64,000 bases of DNA, taken from assembly GCF_009914755.1 (NCBI RefSeq), contig NC_060936.1; one strand, written 5' to 3'. Every line of letters starts with the position of its first letter. Position 1 is the stretch's first letter. The notes beneath the pieces are model-generated. The model saw only the letters and a program-made list of their open reading frames with translations, had not been told where the DNA came from and made no database searches. The DNA comes from the human T2T-CHM13v2.0 reference genome, Homo sapiens. The translations under genes and the position numbers were made by a program. Shown piece by piece: positions 1 through 11,540 of this stretch.

Positions 1-252
1 CTCACATAGCTGTAGAATTCAACCAACATCATCAACGAAACCCAGCAACGTACTGGATGTTGTTCGCCGCCCCCCAATTTCTCACTAGAATCCCATCCCC
101 TCAAGCATCTAAATTGTGTCTCTCCAACCTCATGAGATGGCCTGAGGTTCTGATGGTCTTTCTGCCTCTTTAGCAGGGGCAGCTTCTTGGCCTTTTCCCT
201 GAATCTTCAGCCTCTTGCTCTATGCACAAAACTAACAAGTGCTCTAAGGGGG

Positions 253-282
253 AAAACAAAACAAAACAACAACAACAACAAC
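253..282. repeat. (AAAAC)n/(AAC)n microsatellite
   Basis: aaaacaaaacaaaacaacaacaacaacaac read directly. Confidence 0.9.
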
Positions 283-496
283 ACTCAGCTGTGAATTGTC
301 CACTTGGCTCCCCAAGCCATTTGTCCTTCCCAAGACCTCGAACTTTCATGTCCTGTTTGCCCTTGGCAGCAGTCTGATGGCCACAGGCTTATTCTACTGC
401 TTGGCTATCTAGTTGTGTTCAGCAGAGGCTTTGGTTTAATGCAAGATGCTCCATCATGCCCTATTATGAATCTTTGCATTCCAGAGAAAACAGCAT

Positions 497-557
497 CAAA
501 CAATTCAAAGCAGCAATATATAGAACAACAAACAATTCAAAGCTGCAATATATAGAA
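497..557. repeat. 32-bp local tandem duplication
   Basis: caaacaattcaaagc(a/t)gcaatatatagaa occurs twice, 32 bp apart. Confidence 0.9.
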
Positions 558-687
558 ACAATAATAGTAGGAGATTTATAACTCACCTCACATGACAGGC
601 AAATGAAATAAGAATATAGTGGATCAAAATAATGGAATTAATTAAATGGAACTCATAGATGTACATTTGGCTATATTTCAAAATAAC

Positions 688-812
688 AGTATTTTAGTCA
701 GGGTTCTCCAGAGAAGCATATATATAGCTATACACACACACAATCTCCAGGTATTTTGGAGAATACACAATACTGCAGTATTTTGTTACAGCAGCCTGTG
801 TGAACTAAGACA
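688..812. mobile_element. Juxtaposed LTR termini: MLT2-type end (-) and MLT1-type end (+)
   Basis: tagtcagggttctccagagaa (MLT2 terminus) followed by gtattttgttacagcagcc...aactaagaca (MLT1 3' terminus). Confidence 0.55.
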
Positions 813-1131
813 ATGAAGAAAAGTTAGCAAAAGATGAAGCAATTTCCTAACCATTTAAAATTTCAAAATATAATAATAAGTTTGTAACTTTTTTCATTTA
901 TTATACCTAAACAAATTTCAAGTAGATCCAAGATTTAAAGAAAATTTGAAAATCACCAAAAAAGAGCATAGAATATTATTTATAAGTGTAAAAATCATTA
1001 CTATGCATCATGAAATAATCAGGAAAGGAAAAGATGGATGCGTTGACTATTAAAAATTGTAAACTGTTCAATTGTAAAAATTATAAACAAAGTCAAAGCA
1101 AAATGACAAAATGGGAACAGTTATGTACAGC

Positions 1132-1491
1132 ACATATGATGAACAAAAAGCTAATTTTACTTAATATACACAAAACTGAAAAAATTAACAATCATCCATA
1201 AAATGGTAAAAAAAAATGTATGAACAGATATTTCACCAAAAAGGGAAAGAAATACTAACAGTCAAAAAACATATAAAAGAATTTTTTTTTAGTCTAGATT
1301 TTTTAAAAAACTAAACAAGAATATATTATGATGCTCAAACACTTAAAAATTAAATAAAATAATTCAACTTTTTAGAGAGCAGTTTGCCAAAATTACTCAA
1401 AATTAAAGGCATACATTATTTGACTCAGAGATTTCCCTTCTAAGAATTTATCATGCAGATATATTCCCAGAGATTTCCCTTCTAATAACTT
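1132..1491 (+). repeat. Source arm of a ~360-bp inverted duplication
   Basis: Reverse complement matches 2820-3177 with about 9-10 differences by manual comparison. Confidence 0.97.
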
Positions 1492-2819
1492 ATTACACAG
1501 AACTATTCCCGTAATTCTACAAAGTGTATTCAAATATTCCAATTACAGAGTCATGTGAAATAGCAAATGAATAAGCAACTTATATATCTACCAATAAGAG
1601 ACTGGTTAATAAATAATAGTATATTTATTAATAGAATGTCATGCAGTCAGTAAAAGGAATGAGAAATGAGTGAAGAAAACTATCAAAGCTAAATTGTTAA
1701 TAAAAAAAGCAAGTTGCAGAAAAATTTGTATACATGTTTTCGTTTTTTCTTTTGGCAACAAAAATAAAAAAACCTTATTAGGCTTATATGTGCATAGACA
1801 TTTTCTGAAAACAAGCATGAAAAATGGTAAACACTGCTTTTTGGAGACTGAGCTTTGGGGTTCAATAGTGGAGGACAATATCTTCTTTTGTACTTTGCGT
1901 TATTCTATAGCATTTGAAATTTTCTAAAACACATATTTACTTTTATGATTAACTTTTCAAACTATCTTAAAATGATATGGTAATGCTAAGTTTCAAGTTT
2001 TATGCTAATTTTAATCAATAATTTATTCCTTTCATCATTATCCTTGCTTTAAAAGAAATCTCAGCGCTCCCCACATGTGTGAAAAATTTCTGATTTAAAA
2101 AACATGAAAATCAAATGATGTAAATGGAGAAGTGCCTTTAAAATTTTAAGGGAAGAAAAAGAGATATGTTGATTTTATTTAAGTTTACACACATTGCTAG
2201 ACAGTTTTTAAATAACTGGATGACATTAGGGCTTGCTTGTTATTGCCATGTCTAAGACCACCTAAAAGATTAGAGCCTTCTGAGAGCTAAGCACCAGCAA
2301 CTAAGGTCCTTAGTAAACTGAGGGTTCCAGTAGATAACTCTTGTCTTTATTGGAGTCCTAGCTATGAGGCTAAGCTTTTTACTTATTATTTTTCATTTAT
2401 TTAACCAATAAGCATTCAGAGCTTGCTTGTGTAATATATTAATACTAGGCCAGACACTGGGTATATAGTGCTGAATATTAATAAAGGTGTCTACATTAAG
2501 ATCTCTGACAAAGTCTACAAAAATAAACAATGGGGAAGGATACCCTATTTAATAAATGGTGCTGGGAAAACTGGCTAGTCATATGCAGAATGAAACTGGA
2601 CCCCTACTTCTCACCATATACAAAAATTAACTCAAGGTAGATTAAAGACTTACGTGTAAGACCTCAGAATATAAAAATCCTAGAAAAAAAAAAAACAGGA
2701 AAAACTCTTCTGGACATTGGCCTAAGCAAGGAATTTATGACTAAGACCTCAAAAGTAAATGCAACAAATATAAAAGTTGACAATTGAGACCTAATTAAAC
2801 TGAAGACCTAATTAAACTG

Positions 2820-3177
2820 AAGTTATTAGAAGGGAAATCTCTGGGAATATATCTGCATGATAAATTCTTAGAAGGGAAATCTCTGAGTCAAATAATATAT
2901 GCCTTAATTTTGAGTAATTTTGGCAAACTGCTCTCTAAAAAGTTGAATTATTTTATTTAATTTTTAAGTGTTTGAGCATCATAATATATTCTTGTTTAGT
3001 TTTTTTAAAAATCTAGACTAAAAAAATTCTTTTATATGTTTTTTGACTGTCAGTATTTCTTTCCCTTTTTGGTGAAATATCTGTTCATACATTCTTTTTT
3101 TACCATTTTATGGATGATTGTTCATTTTTTCAGTTTTGCGTATAGTAAGTAAAATTAGCTTTTTGTTCATCATATGT
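2820..3177 (-). repeat. Inverted templated copy of 1132-1491 inserted in L1
   Basis: aagttattagaagggaaatctctggg...ttcatcatatgt is the reverse complement of 1132-1491 and interrupts L1 between ctaattaaactgaag and tgcacagccaaag. Confidence 0.97.
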
Positions 3178-3707
3178 TGCACAGCCAAAGAAACTATCAA
3201 CAGACTAAACAGACAACCTAAAGAATGGGAGAAAATATTTGCAAACTATATATCTGACAAAGGTCAAATATCCAGAATCTATAAGGAACATAACAAATCA
3301 ACAACAACAACAACAAAAACAAATAACCTCACTACAAAGGGGGCAAAGAACATGAACAGACACTTCTTCAAAAGAAGATATACAAATAGCCAACAAACAT
3401 GAAAAATTCTCAACATCACTAATCATCAGAGAAATGCAAATCAAAACTACCATGAGATATCATCTCACACCAGTCAGAATGGCTATTACTAAAATGCCAA
3501 AAATTAACAGATGTTGGCGAGGATGTGAAGAAAAAGGAATGCTTATACACTGTTTCTGGGAATGTAAATTAGTTCAGTCCCTGTAGAAAGCAGTTTGGGG
3601 ATTTCTCAAAGAACTGAAAATAGATCTACCATTTGACTCAGCAATCCCATTTCTGGTTATCTACCCAAAGCAAAATGAATTGTTCTATCAAAAAGACACC
3701 TACACTC

Positions 3708-4035
<328 letters not shown>

Positions 4036-4480
4036 CTATTCAAAATAGCAAAGTCATGAACTCAACCTAGATGCCGATGAATGGTTGACTGGATAAAGAA
4101 ATGTAGTACATATACACTATGGAATAGCCATAAAAATCATGTCCTTTGCAGCAACATGGATGCAGCCAGAGGCCATTATACTAAGTTAATCAACACAGAA
4201 ACAGAAAATAAAATACTGTCCAGTTATAAGTGGGAGCTAAACAATGGGTACACACTGACATAGAGATGGAAACAGTAGACACTGGGGACTCCGAAAGAGG
4301 CAGGGACGGTGGAGAGAAAGGGTTGCAAAACTACCTGTTGGTTACTATGTTTACTGTTTGGGTGATGGGTACAACAGAAGCCCAATCCCAAACATTATGG
4401 AATATATCCATGTAACAAATGTGCTTATGTATCCCCGAGTCTAAAATCAATCAAACAAAAAAGAAAACAAAAACGTTAAG

Positions 4481-4691
4481 CATAGTACTAAGCATATTTC
4501 ATATATTATCTTATGTCTTCTCATAATGATTCTGTGATATGGATTCTATTTTTACACTTTTTAACAAAAAAAAATTAGGGCTGAGACAGGTTGTGTAGGT
4601 TGCTCATGATTACATAGTTAATAAGTGATGATCTTGGAGTTTGACATCAAATTCCAGAACATGTGCCTCTAAATATTATTCTGCACTGTCT
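4481..4691 (-). mobile_element. MIR SINE
   Basis: MIR core-like ggctgagacaggttgtgtaggttgctcatgattacatagttaataagtg. Confidence 0.7.
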
Positions 4692-4745
4692 TCAAAAGTG
4701 CAAGTAATCTCCCTGAGTAAGAGATGTGGCCTAGAGAGTACATGT

Positions 4746-5915
4746 GCACAGGATACTAAGGAATGTACAGGAAGGGGAGTATGCACAGGATAGTAAAGGG
4801 TGTACAGGTTGGTGAGTTTGCAGAGGATAGTAAGGGATGTACAGATTGGTGAGTTTGCACAGGATGGTAAGGGACACACAGGAAGGTGGGTTTGCACAGG
4901 ATAGTAAGGGATGCATAGGATGGTGGGTTTGCACAGGGTACTAAGGGATGTACAGGAACGTGAGTTTGCACACGATATTAAGGGATGCACAGGTTGGTGA
5001 GTTTGCACAGGATAGTAAGGGGTGTACAGGCTGGTGGGTTTGCACAGGATAGTAAGGGGTGTACAGGCTGGTGAGTTTGCAGAGGATAGTAAGGGATGTA
5101 CAGATTGGTGAGTTTGCACAGGACGGTAAGGGACACACAGGAAGGTGGGTTTGCACAGGTTAGTAAGGGATGTACAGGTTGGTGAGTTTGCACAGGATTG
5201 TAAGGGATGTACAGGAAGGTGAGTACGCACAGGATAGTAAAGGACGTACAGGTTGGTGAGTTTGCAGAGGATAGTGAGGGATGTACAGATTGGTGAGTTT
5301 GCACAGGACGGTAAGGGACACACAGGAAGGTGGGTTTGCACAGGATAGTAAGGGGTGTACAGGATGGTGAGTATGCACAGGATAGTAAGGGATGTACAGG
5401 ATGGTGAGTTTGCACAGGATAGTAAAGGATGCACAGATTGGTGAGTTTGCAGAGGATAGTAAGGGATGTACAGATTGGTGAGTTTGTGTAGGATACTAAG
5501 GGATGTACGGGATGGTGGGTTTGCACAGGATAGTAAGGGACATGCAGGAAGGTGGGTTTGCACAGGATGGTAAGGGAGATGTACAGGATGGTGGGTTTGC
5601 ACAGGATAGTAAGGGACGTACAGGATGGTGAGTATGCACAGCATAGTAAGGGATGTGCAGAAAGGTGGGTTGGCACAGGATAGTAACGGATGTGTAGGAT
5701 GGTGGGTTTGCACAGGATAGTAAGGGGTGTACAGGATGGTGGGTTTGCACAGGATAGTAAGGGATGTGTAGGATTGTGAGTTTGCACAGGATAGTAAGGG
5801 GTGTACAGGATGGTGATTATGCACAGGATACTAAGGGATGTCCTGGAAGGTGAGTTTACACAGGATAGTAAGGGATATACAGGATGGTGAGTATGCACAT
5901 CATAGTAAGGGACGT
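4746..5915. repeat. 37-bp minisatellite (VNTR), ~31.5 units
   Basis: Consensus gcacaggatagtaagggatgtacaggatggtgagttt repeated in tandem. Confidence 0.98.
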
Positions 5916-5924
5916 TATCTCCCT

Positions 5925-6345
5925 AAGTGGCAGAGGTCACATAGTCGTATGCACTGAAACCCATTTCCTTGGCCTTCAGAGCTCATAGCTAAACACCATT
6001 TCTCAACCTCCTGTACAGTTAAATGGGGCCAACAGAATGTGGGCAAAATTGACAAACTCCCCTTCAATCCCTGGTGCTACCTCTCTCCTGTGACCCTCCA
6101 CACGTTTTTCCCTCATATCCCTGCTGCATACAGCAGATACAGTCCAGGAATCTGAGGGCTTGGAAAGTGATGGAGCCACTTCATTAGAAGAGGCTGGGCC
6201 CTGCATCCCCACTAGGAAGTCTGCCCCTACAAACCTGAGCTGAGCTAATTGGACTGTGTATGACTCTGAAATAAACTTTTTTTAGTGTGTGATAAACCTC
6301 TGAGATTTTTGTGGTGTTAGGGCAATTAGCATACCTGACAAATTA
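5925..6345 (+). mobile_element. Old MaLR LTR (MLT1I/J-like)
   Basis: gatggagccac...agaggctgggccctg; gaaataaacttt...ctctgagattttt 3' terminus. Confidence 0.6.
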
Positions 6346-6775
6346 AACGCTATTATTTAAGCTGAGTCTTGAGGCATGAGATGGAAGTATTATGTGAATG
6401 GGTGTTTTAAAGAGAGGAAACAGCGTGTGCAAAAGATCTGAGGCAGGAAGGAAACCACCATGTACAATAAGCTGAAAGTTGCCAGTGTGCCTGAAACTTT
6501 AGTGAGTGAGGGTGATGAGGCTGGAAAGAGAGGGTTGCTGCCTGACCAGGCAGGTCTTTGCAGATCATAAGAGTGAGAAATTTATTCAAACGCAATGGAA
6601 AGAGATTAAGGAATCATGGTGGATGGGAGGCAGGACTAGATTGCAGCTGTGGACAGAGCAGCATGCAGAGGCGTGCATTGTGAATTTTAGCTGCAGATTG
6701 ACTGCAAGAACAAACCAGCAATCCCAAGAGAACCCACAGACCCTCTGAAGGAAGTGGACTGCTCCTGCAAGACCC

Positions 6776-8241
6776 GCTCTCAAGGTGGCACATCTGGAGT
6801 TGTTCGTTCCTCCCAGTGGGTTCGTGGTCTCACTGGCTTCAGGAGTGAAGCTGCAGACCTTCGCAGTGTTACAGCTCATAAAGGCAGTGTGGACCCAAAG
6901 AGTGAGCAGTAGCAAGATTTATTGCAAAGAGCGCAAGAACAAAGCTTCCACAGTGTGGAAGGGGACACCAGTTGGTTGCCACTGCTGGCTTGGGCAGCCT
7001 GCTTTTATTTTCTTATCTGGCCCCACCCACATCCTGCTGATTGGTCCATTTTACAGAGAGCCAATTGGTCTGTTTTATAGAGAGCCGATTGGTCCATTTT
7101 GACAGGGTGCTGATTGGTGTGTTTAGAATCCCTGAGCTAGACACAAAAGTTCTCCAGGTCCCCACTAGATCAGCTAGATACAGAGTGTTGATTGGTGTAT
7201 TTACAAAACCTGAGCTAGACACAGAGTGCTGATTGGTGCATTTACAAAGCTTGAGCTAGATACAGAGTGCTGATTGGTGCGTTCACAATCCCTTAGCTAG
7301 ACATGAAGGTTCTCCAAGTCCCCACCAGATTAACTAGATACAGAGTGCAGATTGGTGCATTCACAAACCCTGAGCTAGATACAGGGTGCAGATTGGTGTG
7401 TTTACAAACCCTGAGCTAGATACAGAGTGCCGATTGGTGTATTCACAATCCTTTAGCTAGACATAAAGGTTCTCCAAGTCCCCACCAGATTAACTAGATA
7501 CAGAATGGCGATTGGTGCATTCACAAACCCTGAGCTAGACACAGGGTGCTGAATGGTGTGTTTACAAACCTTGAGCTAGATACAGAGTGCTGACTGGTGT
7601 ATTTACAATCCCTTAGCTAGACATAAAGATTCTCCAAGTCCCCACCAGACTTAGGAGCCCAGCTGGCTTCACCCAGTGGATCTCGCACCAGGGCCATAGG
7701 TGGAGCTGCCTGCCAGTCCCGAGCTGTGCACCCGCACTCCTCAGCCCTTGGACGGTTGATGGGACCGGGCACCGTGGAGCAGGGGGCGGCACTCGTTGGG
7801 GAGACTTGGGTTGTGCAGGAGCCCACGGCGGCTGGCGGTGGGGAGGCTCAGGCATGGCAGGCTGCAGGTCCCAAGCCCTGCCCCGCGGGGAGGCAGCTAA
7901 GGCCTGGCGAGAAATCGAGCACAGCAGCTGCTGGCCCAGGTGCTAAGCCCCTCACTGCCCGCTGGCCGCTCCGAGTGTGGGGCCGCTGAGCCCACGCCCA
8001 CCCAGAACTTGCTCTGGCCCGCAAGCAGGTGCAGCCCTGGTTCCCGCCTGCGCCTCTCCCTCCACACCTCCCGGCAAGCTGAGGGAGCCGGCTCTGGCCT
8101 TGGCCAGCCCAGAAAGGGGCTCCCACAGTGCAGTGGCGGGCTGAAGGGCTCCTCAAGCGCCACCAGAGTGGGCGCCAAGGCCAAGGAGGCGCCGAGAGCC
8201 AGCGAGGGCTGTGAGGGCTGCCAGCACGCTGTCACCTCTTA
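6776..8241 (-). mobile_element. ERV9 LTR (LTR12E/LTR12C-like), U5 end truncated
   Basis: 5' terminus gctgtcacctct at 8228-8241; GC-rich U3; tandem gattgg...gagctagatacagagtg enhancer repeats; terminal ~200 bp (tgtgtccggaatt...) absent. Confidence 0.95.
7001..7625 (-). promoter_or_regulatory. LTR12 enhancer/promoter: ~10 CCAAT (NF-Y) boxes and AATAAAA TATA-like box, firing leftward
   Basis: Repeated ATTGG on the + strand; gcttttatt at ~7001-7009; known ERV9 LTR promoter architecture. Confidence 0.7.
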
Positions 8242-8885
8242 AAACTATACTATAAGGCCATAGTCACCAAAACAGCATGGTACTGATATAAAAAGAGGCA
8301 CATAGACCGATGGAACAGAATAGAGAACTCAGAAATAAACCCAAATGCTTACAGACAACTGATCTTCAACAAAGCAAACAAAAGCATAAAGTGGGGAAAG
8401 GACACCCTTTTCACCAAATGATGCTGGGATAATTGACAAGCCACATGTAGGAGAATGAAACTGGATCCTCATCTCTCACCTTATACAAAAATCAACTCAA
8501 GATGGATTAAGGACTTAAACCTAAGACTTGAAACTATAAAATTTCTAGAAGATAACATTGGAGAAACCTTTCTAGACATTGGCTTAGGGAAGAGTGTGAG
8601 GGGGATGAGGGATAAAGACTACAAATATGGTGCAGTGTATACTGCTCGGGTGAGGGATGCACCAAAATCTCACAAATCGCTATTGAAGAACTTACTCATG
8701 TAACCAAATACTACCTGTATCCCAATACCCCAATAGCTTACAGAAAAATAAAAAAATAAAAACAAATGCAATGAAAAGCCATCAGTATGTTTTACGCAGG
8801 GAAGTGTCATGATTAACATTACTAAAATATTACCCTGACTTCTAGCATAGAGTGGATAAGAAGAAACAAGGCTACAAATGGGAAC

Positions 8886-9058
8886 AGGACATGTTACATA
8901 ATTTGTGAGTTCTAGTGCAAAATGAAAATGTGGTCCCCTTGATCAAAAATTATTAAAAATTCAAGACAACAACAGCAGAGCATTAAACAAAACTCAGGGC
9001 TCTTTTAAGTGCAGGGCCAGGGTGACTGCACAGGTCTCATGCCCATGGGGTTGTTCTG
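8886..9058 (-). mobile_element. MER45A (hAT-Tip100)
   Basis: tacataatttg...agtgcaaaatgaaaatg...cagcagagcattaaac...gactgcacaggtc. Confidence 0.85.
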
Positions 9059-9269
9059 AATAGGTAGCTCAGTTAAGAGGCTCATAGAGAAATCTAGAAA
9101 AGAGATGTTAGTGACTTAGGCTATCTTGTTGGCAATGAAAATGAAGAGAAGTGCGTGGATTTAAGACACATTTTAGTGAAAGAATAGACAGATTTTTTAA
9201 ATTCATGAAATGGTGACATGTCCTGAGAAAAGGAAGAGTCAGTGATGACGTTCCATGTTTCTGTGGCCT

Positions 9270-9822
9270 GGCTTTGGGTGTTTATGCACTGGGAGAAGTA
9301 GGCACCTTTGCCAATCTTTACAGACTGGCTTTGGAAGAAAGAGCCCTTCATCTGTCAGCTCATCTAGAGATTCGAGGTAGGTTAGCTGGCAGGGACCACG
9401 AGCAAGCTTGCTTTTGGAGTTCTTGGGCAGGCTGGCCCAGTGTCTGGGTCAGTGGGCAGGTGGGCCTGGAGCTTGTATCCACAGGGGCTGGCTCGGTGTT
9501 GGGATTTTCTGGGTCTGGTCCTGGGGTTGGTGGTGAAGTTGGGTACTCATTTCACTCTCTTTTCCCCATGAGAAGGGTATGTCTCTCTGAGCTGCACTAC
9601 ATGGGCTTGGAGGAGGGGGTGACATGGGTAAAGTGAAATTGTGTCCTCTGCTATCTTCAGTGTTTCTTTTCTTATTGCTGTGTTCAATTGAGGTGATATA
9701 ATCTCTCACCTGGAATCCTTAGCTCTCATGAAGGTACAGCCTGCATGGATGCTTATTCAAACTGATGCTTCCGTTAGGGGATGAGCACCAAAAACTCCTA
9801 TGCTGCCATCTGATTGAGGTCA
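9270..9822 (-). mobile_element. Old L1 5' region (L1M2/L1M3-like)
   Basis: atctttacagactggctttgg; ctcacctggaatcctt; ends ctcctatgctgccatct (reverse complement of the L1M 5' start). Confidence 0.65.
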
Positions 9823-10114
9823 TTTTCTTTAGAATCTTCTTTGTATGTAGAAGCGGTGGTGAAGGGCTGAAGAATTTCCCACTGGCCATTCTTACTTTCT
9901 CTATTGACATATAAGGCGAAGTCTTCAGCTGAAAGGATAACCAAGGATACCTTAGGATGAAGTTTGAGGAGACAAAACAGGTGTGAAATAATCATCTTGG
10001 GATAGAAAACCAAGCCTATAAGAAAAACACAACAGATTGCTCTTGTTATTGAACAGTCAACTTGTTATTGAATTTGACTTTTTAAAAGAAAATGCACTTA
10101 AAATAAAAGCACTC

Positions 10115-10612
10115 TTACTGCAGCAGTATTCACAATAGCAAAGATATGGAATCAACCTAAGCATCCATCTATGGATGACTGGATAAAGAAAATGTGGTGT
10201 GTGTGCGTGTGTGTGTGTGTATAATGAAATACAATTGAGCTGTAATAAAGAATGAAATCATGTCTTTTGCAGCAACATGGACAAACTGAAGGCCAGTATC
10301 TTAAGTGAAAAACTCAGAAACAGAAAGTCAAATACTGCATGTTCTCACTTATAAGTGGGAGCTAAATAGTGTGTATACATGGACAACAGAGTGGAGTAAT
10401 AGACACTGGAGACTCAGAAGGGTGGGAGAGTGGGAGAGGGTGAGGGATAAGAAATTACTTAATGGCTACAATGTCCATTATTCAAGTAATGGTTATAATA
10501 AAAGCCCAGACTTCACCACTACAAAATAAGTTTACATAACAAAACTGCATTTGCACTCCTTAACATTATTACAAATACAAAAGAAGAAAAAAAATAAAGT
10601 AAAATAAAAAGT
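10115..10612 (+). mobile_element. L1MA3-like 3' end with (TG)n
   Basis: actcagaaacagaaagtcaaatactgcatgttctcacttataagtggg; aaaagcccagacttcaccactac; A tail. Confidence 0.85.
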
Positions 10613-10769
10613 CAATTTGGTCATGTAATTTTTCTGTGCAATATTCACTGGCAAGGAGAACATAAATGGTTTAATCCATACTGGATTAGAGTTTTAGTAA
10701 GCTGGTACGTAAGGGAAAAGTGGCAAAAGGGAGTTAAAAATAATTGTGAAAGAGAATTCATAAAGAAGG

Positions 10770-11540
10770 ACCACATCATCTAAGACAGAGAAGGAGGAAA
10801 TTGAAGCGTGGAGGGGGGCTGAAGGTAACTGCAGAAAATGGTAGATTGGCTCATTGACATCGAAGGGTGAGGCATCTAAGATATATGGGTGGAAAGCTAA
10901 ATGGTAGCGGTGAGAGAAGGGAGCATCTGCGATCAAAGTTTTAGGGATGGGCATTTTTGCGTAAACAAGTGAAGAATGAGCTCTTTGAAGTAAGTGGCCA
11001 AATGGACCAGAAGGGAACTATTGGAGTGAGAAGGTCAAGAAACTGAGAAGCCAGACTGCTGAGTGAGTCATCTGTATTGATGTTGGAGTCATTGTGCATG
11101 ATGAGAGATAACCGGAAGTTAACATCTTCAATAAATGAGGGGAGATAAATGGGAGACTGGTAGATAACAGCCAGGATGAAGGAGTTGGGTATTTTTTCCA
11201 GTTGGCGTGAAACTAGAAGAAGCAGGGGATTTACAGATGAAATAATGGTGTGGAGACAGCAATGGTGTTTGCAAAGATGCCTATGGTGGTTGCAAGGATG
11301 CCTTTAGTACTTCTGAGGAAAACAACCTTCATGTGAGAGGGCCACAGGGAGGCTGAGCCCATAGACGAGATCCAGAATTCAACAAAGGCAAGGGGCTTCA
11401 AGGACTTTCAGGGGAGAGGTTCGGGATATAGGTTTGTTTGCTGAGCAAACTGTGGGAATTCAAGGGGGCACAGTGTGATGGTAATGAGGGTAACTGACAT
11501 GGTGGCTAACGCAGGACATTCAGCTTTTGTGACCGCCTCT
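10770..11540 (-). mobile_element. Degenerate L2 internal fragment
   Basis: Purine-rich L2-like phrases (gagtgagaaggtcaagaaactgagaagccag, aacatcttcaataaatgagggg). Confidence 0.5.

Larger units (their letters stand above)
558..1930 (+). mobile_element. Old, fragmented L1 (L1MC/L1ME-like): EN remnant plus ORF2 3' end/3'UTR
   Basis: ataatagtaggagatt (IIVGD-like EN motif) at ~560; A-rich L1 3' phrases such as atgaacagatatttcacc and tttgactcagagatttcccttctaagaattt. Confidence 0.6.
6603..8762 (+). mobile_element. Internally deleted, formerly full-length L1PB (5'UTR start 6603-6775; ORF2 piece 8242-8588; 3'UTR/tail 8589-8762)
   Basis: L1PBa-type 5' end (ggatgggaggcaggactagattgcagc); ORF2 [22 protein letters not shown]; L1PB1 3'UTR; TSD caaa(c/t)gcaatg(g/a)aaag at 6587-6602 and 8763-8778. 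Confidence 0.88.
6355..9268 (-). mobile_element. L2 fragment hosting the L1PB/LTR12 composite and MER45A
   Basis: L2 phrases (gaggaaacagcgtgtgcaaaag, gatgaggctggaaag) before 6602 continue after 8763 (gcaatgaaaagccatc..., gagaagtgcgtggatttaagac). Confidence 0.7.

Noticed and set aside
1-480. 83-aa ORF or unique regulatory element
   Set aside because: Probably an old antisense L1 5' fragment that I cannot assign; no coding evidence.
4676-5898. 382-aa and 306-aa minus-strand ORFs as a gene, or the array as a CRISPR
   Set aside because: The ORFs arise from a stop-free 37-bp tandem unit. There are no unique spacers and no cas genes, and the DNA is primate.
7613-8242. GC/CpG-rich block and overlapping ORFs as a gene CpG-island promoter or exon
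   Set aside because: It is the LTR12 U3 region; the same applies to 29526-30200.
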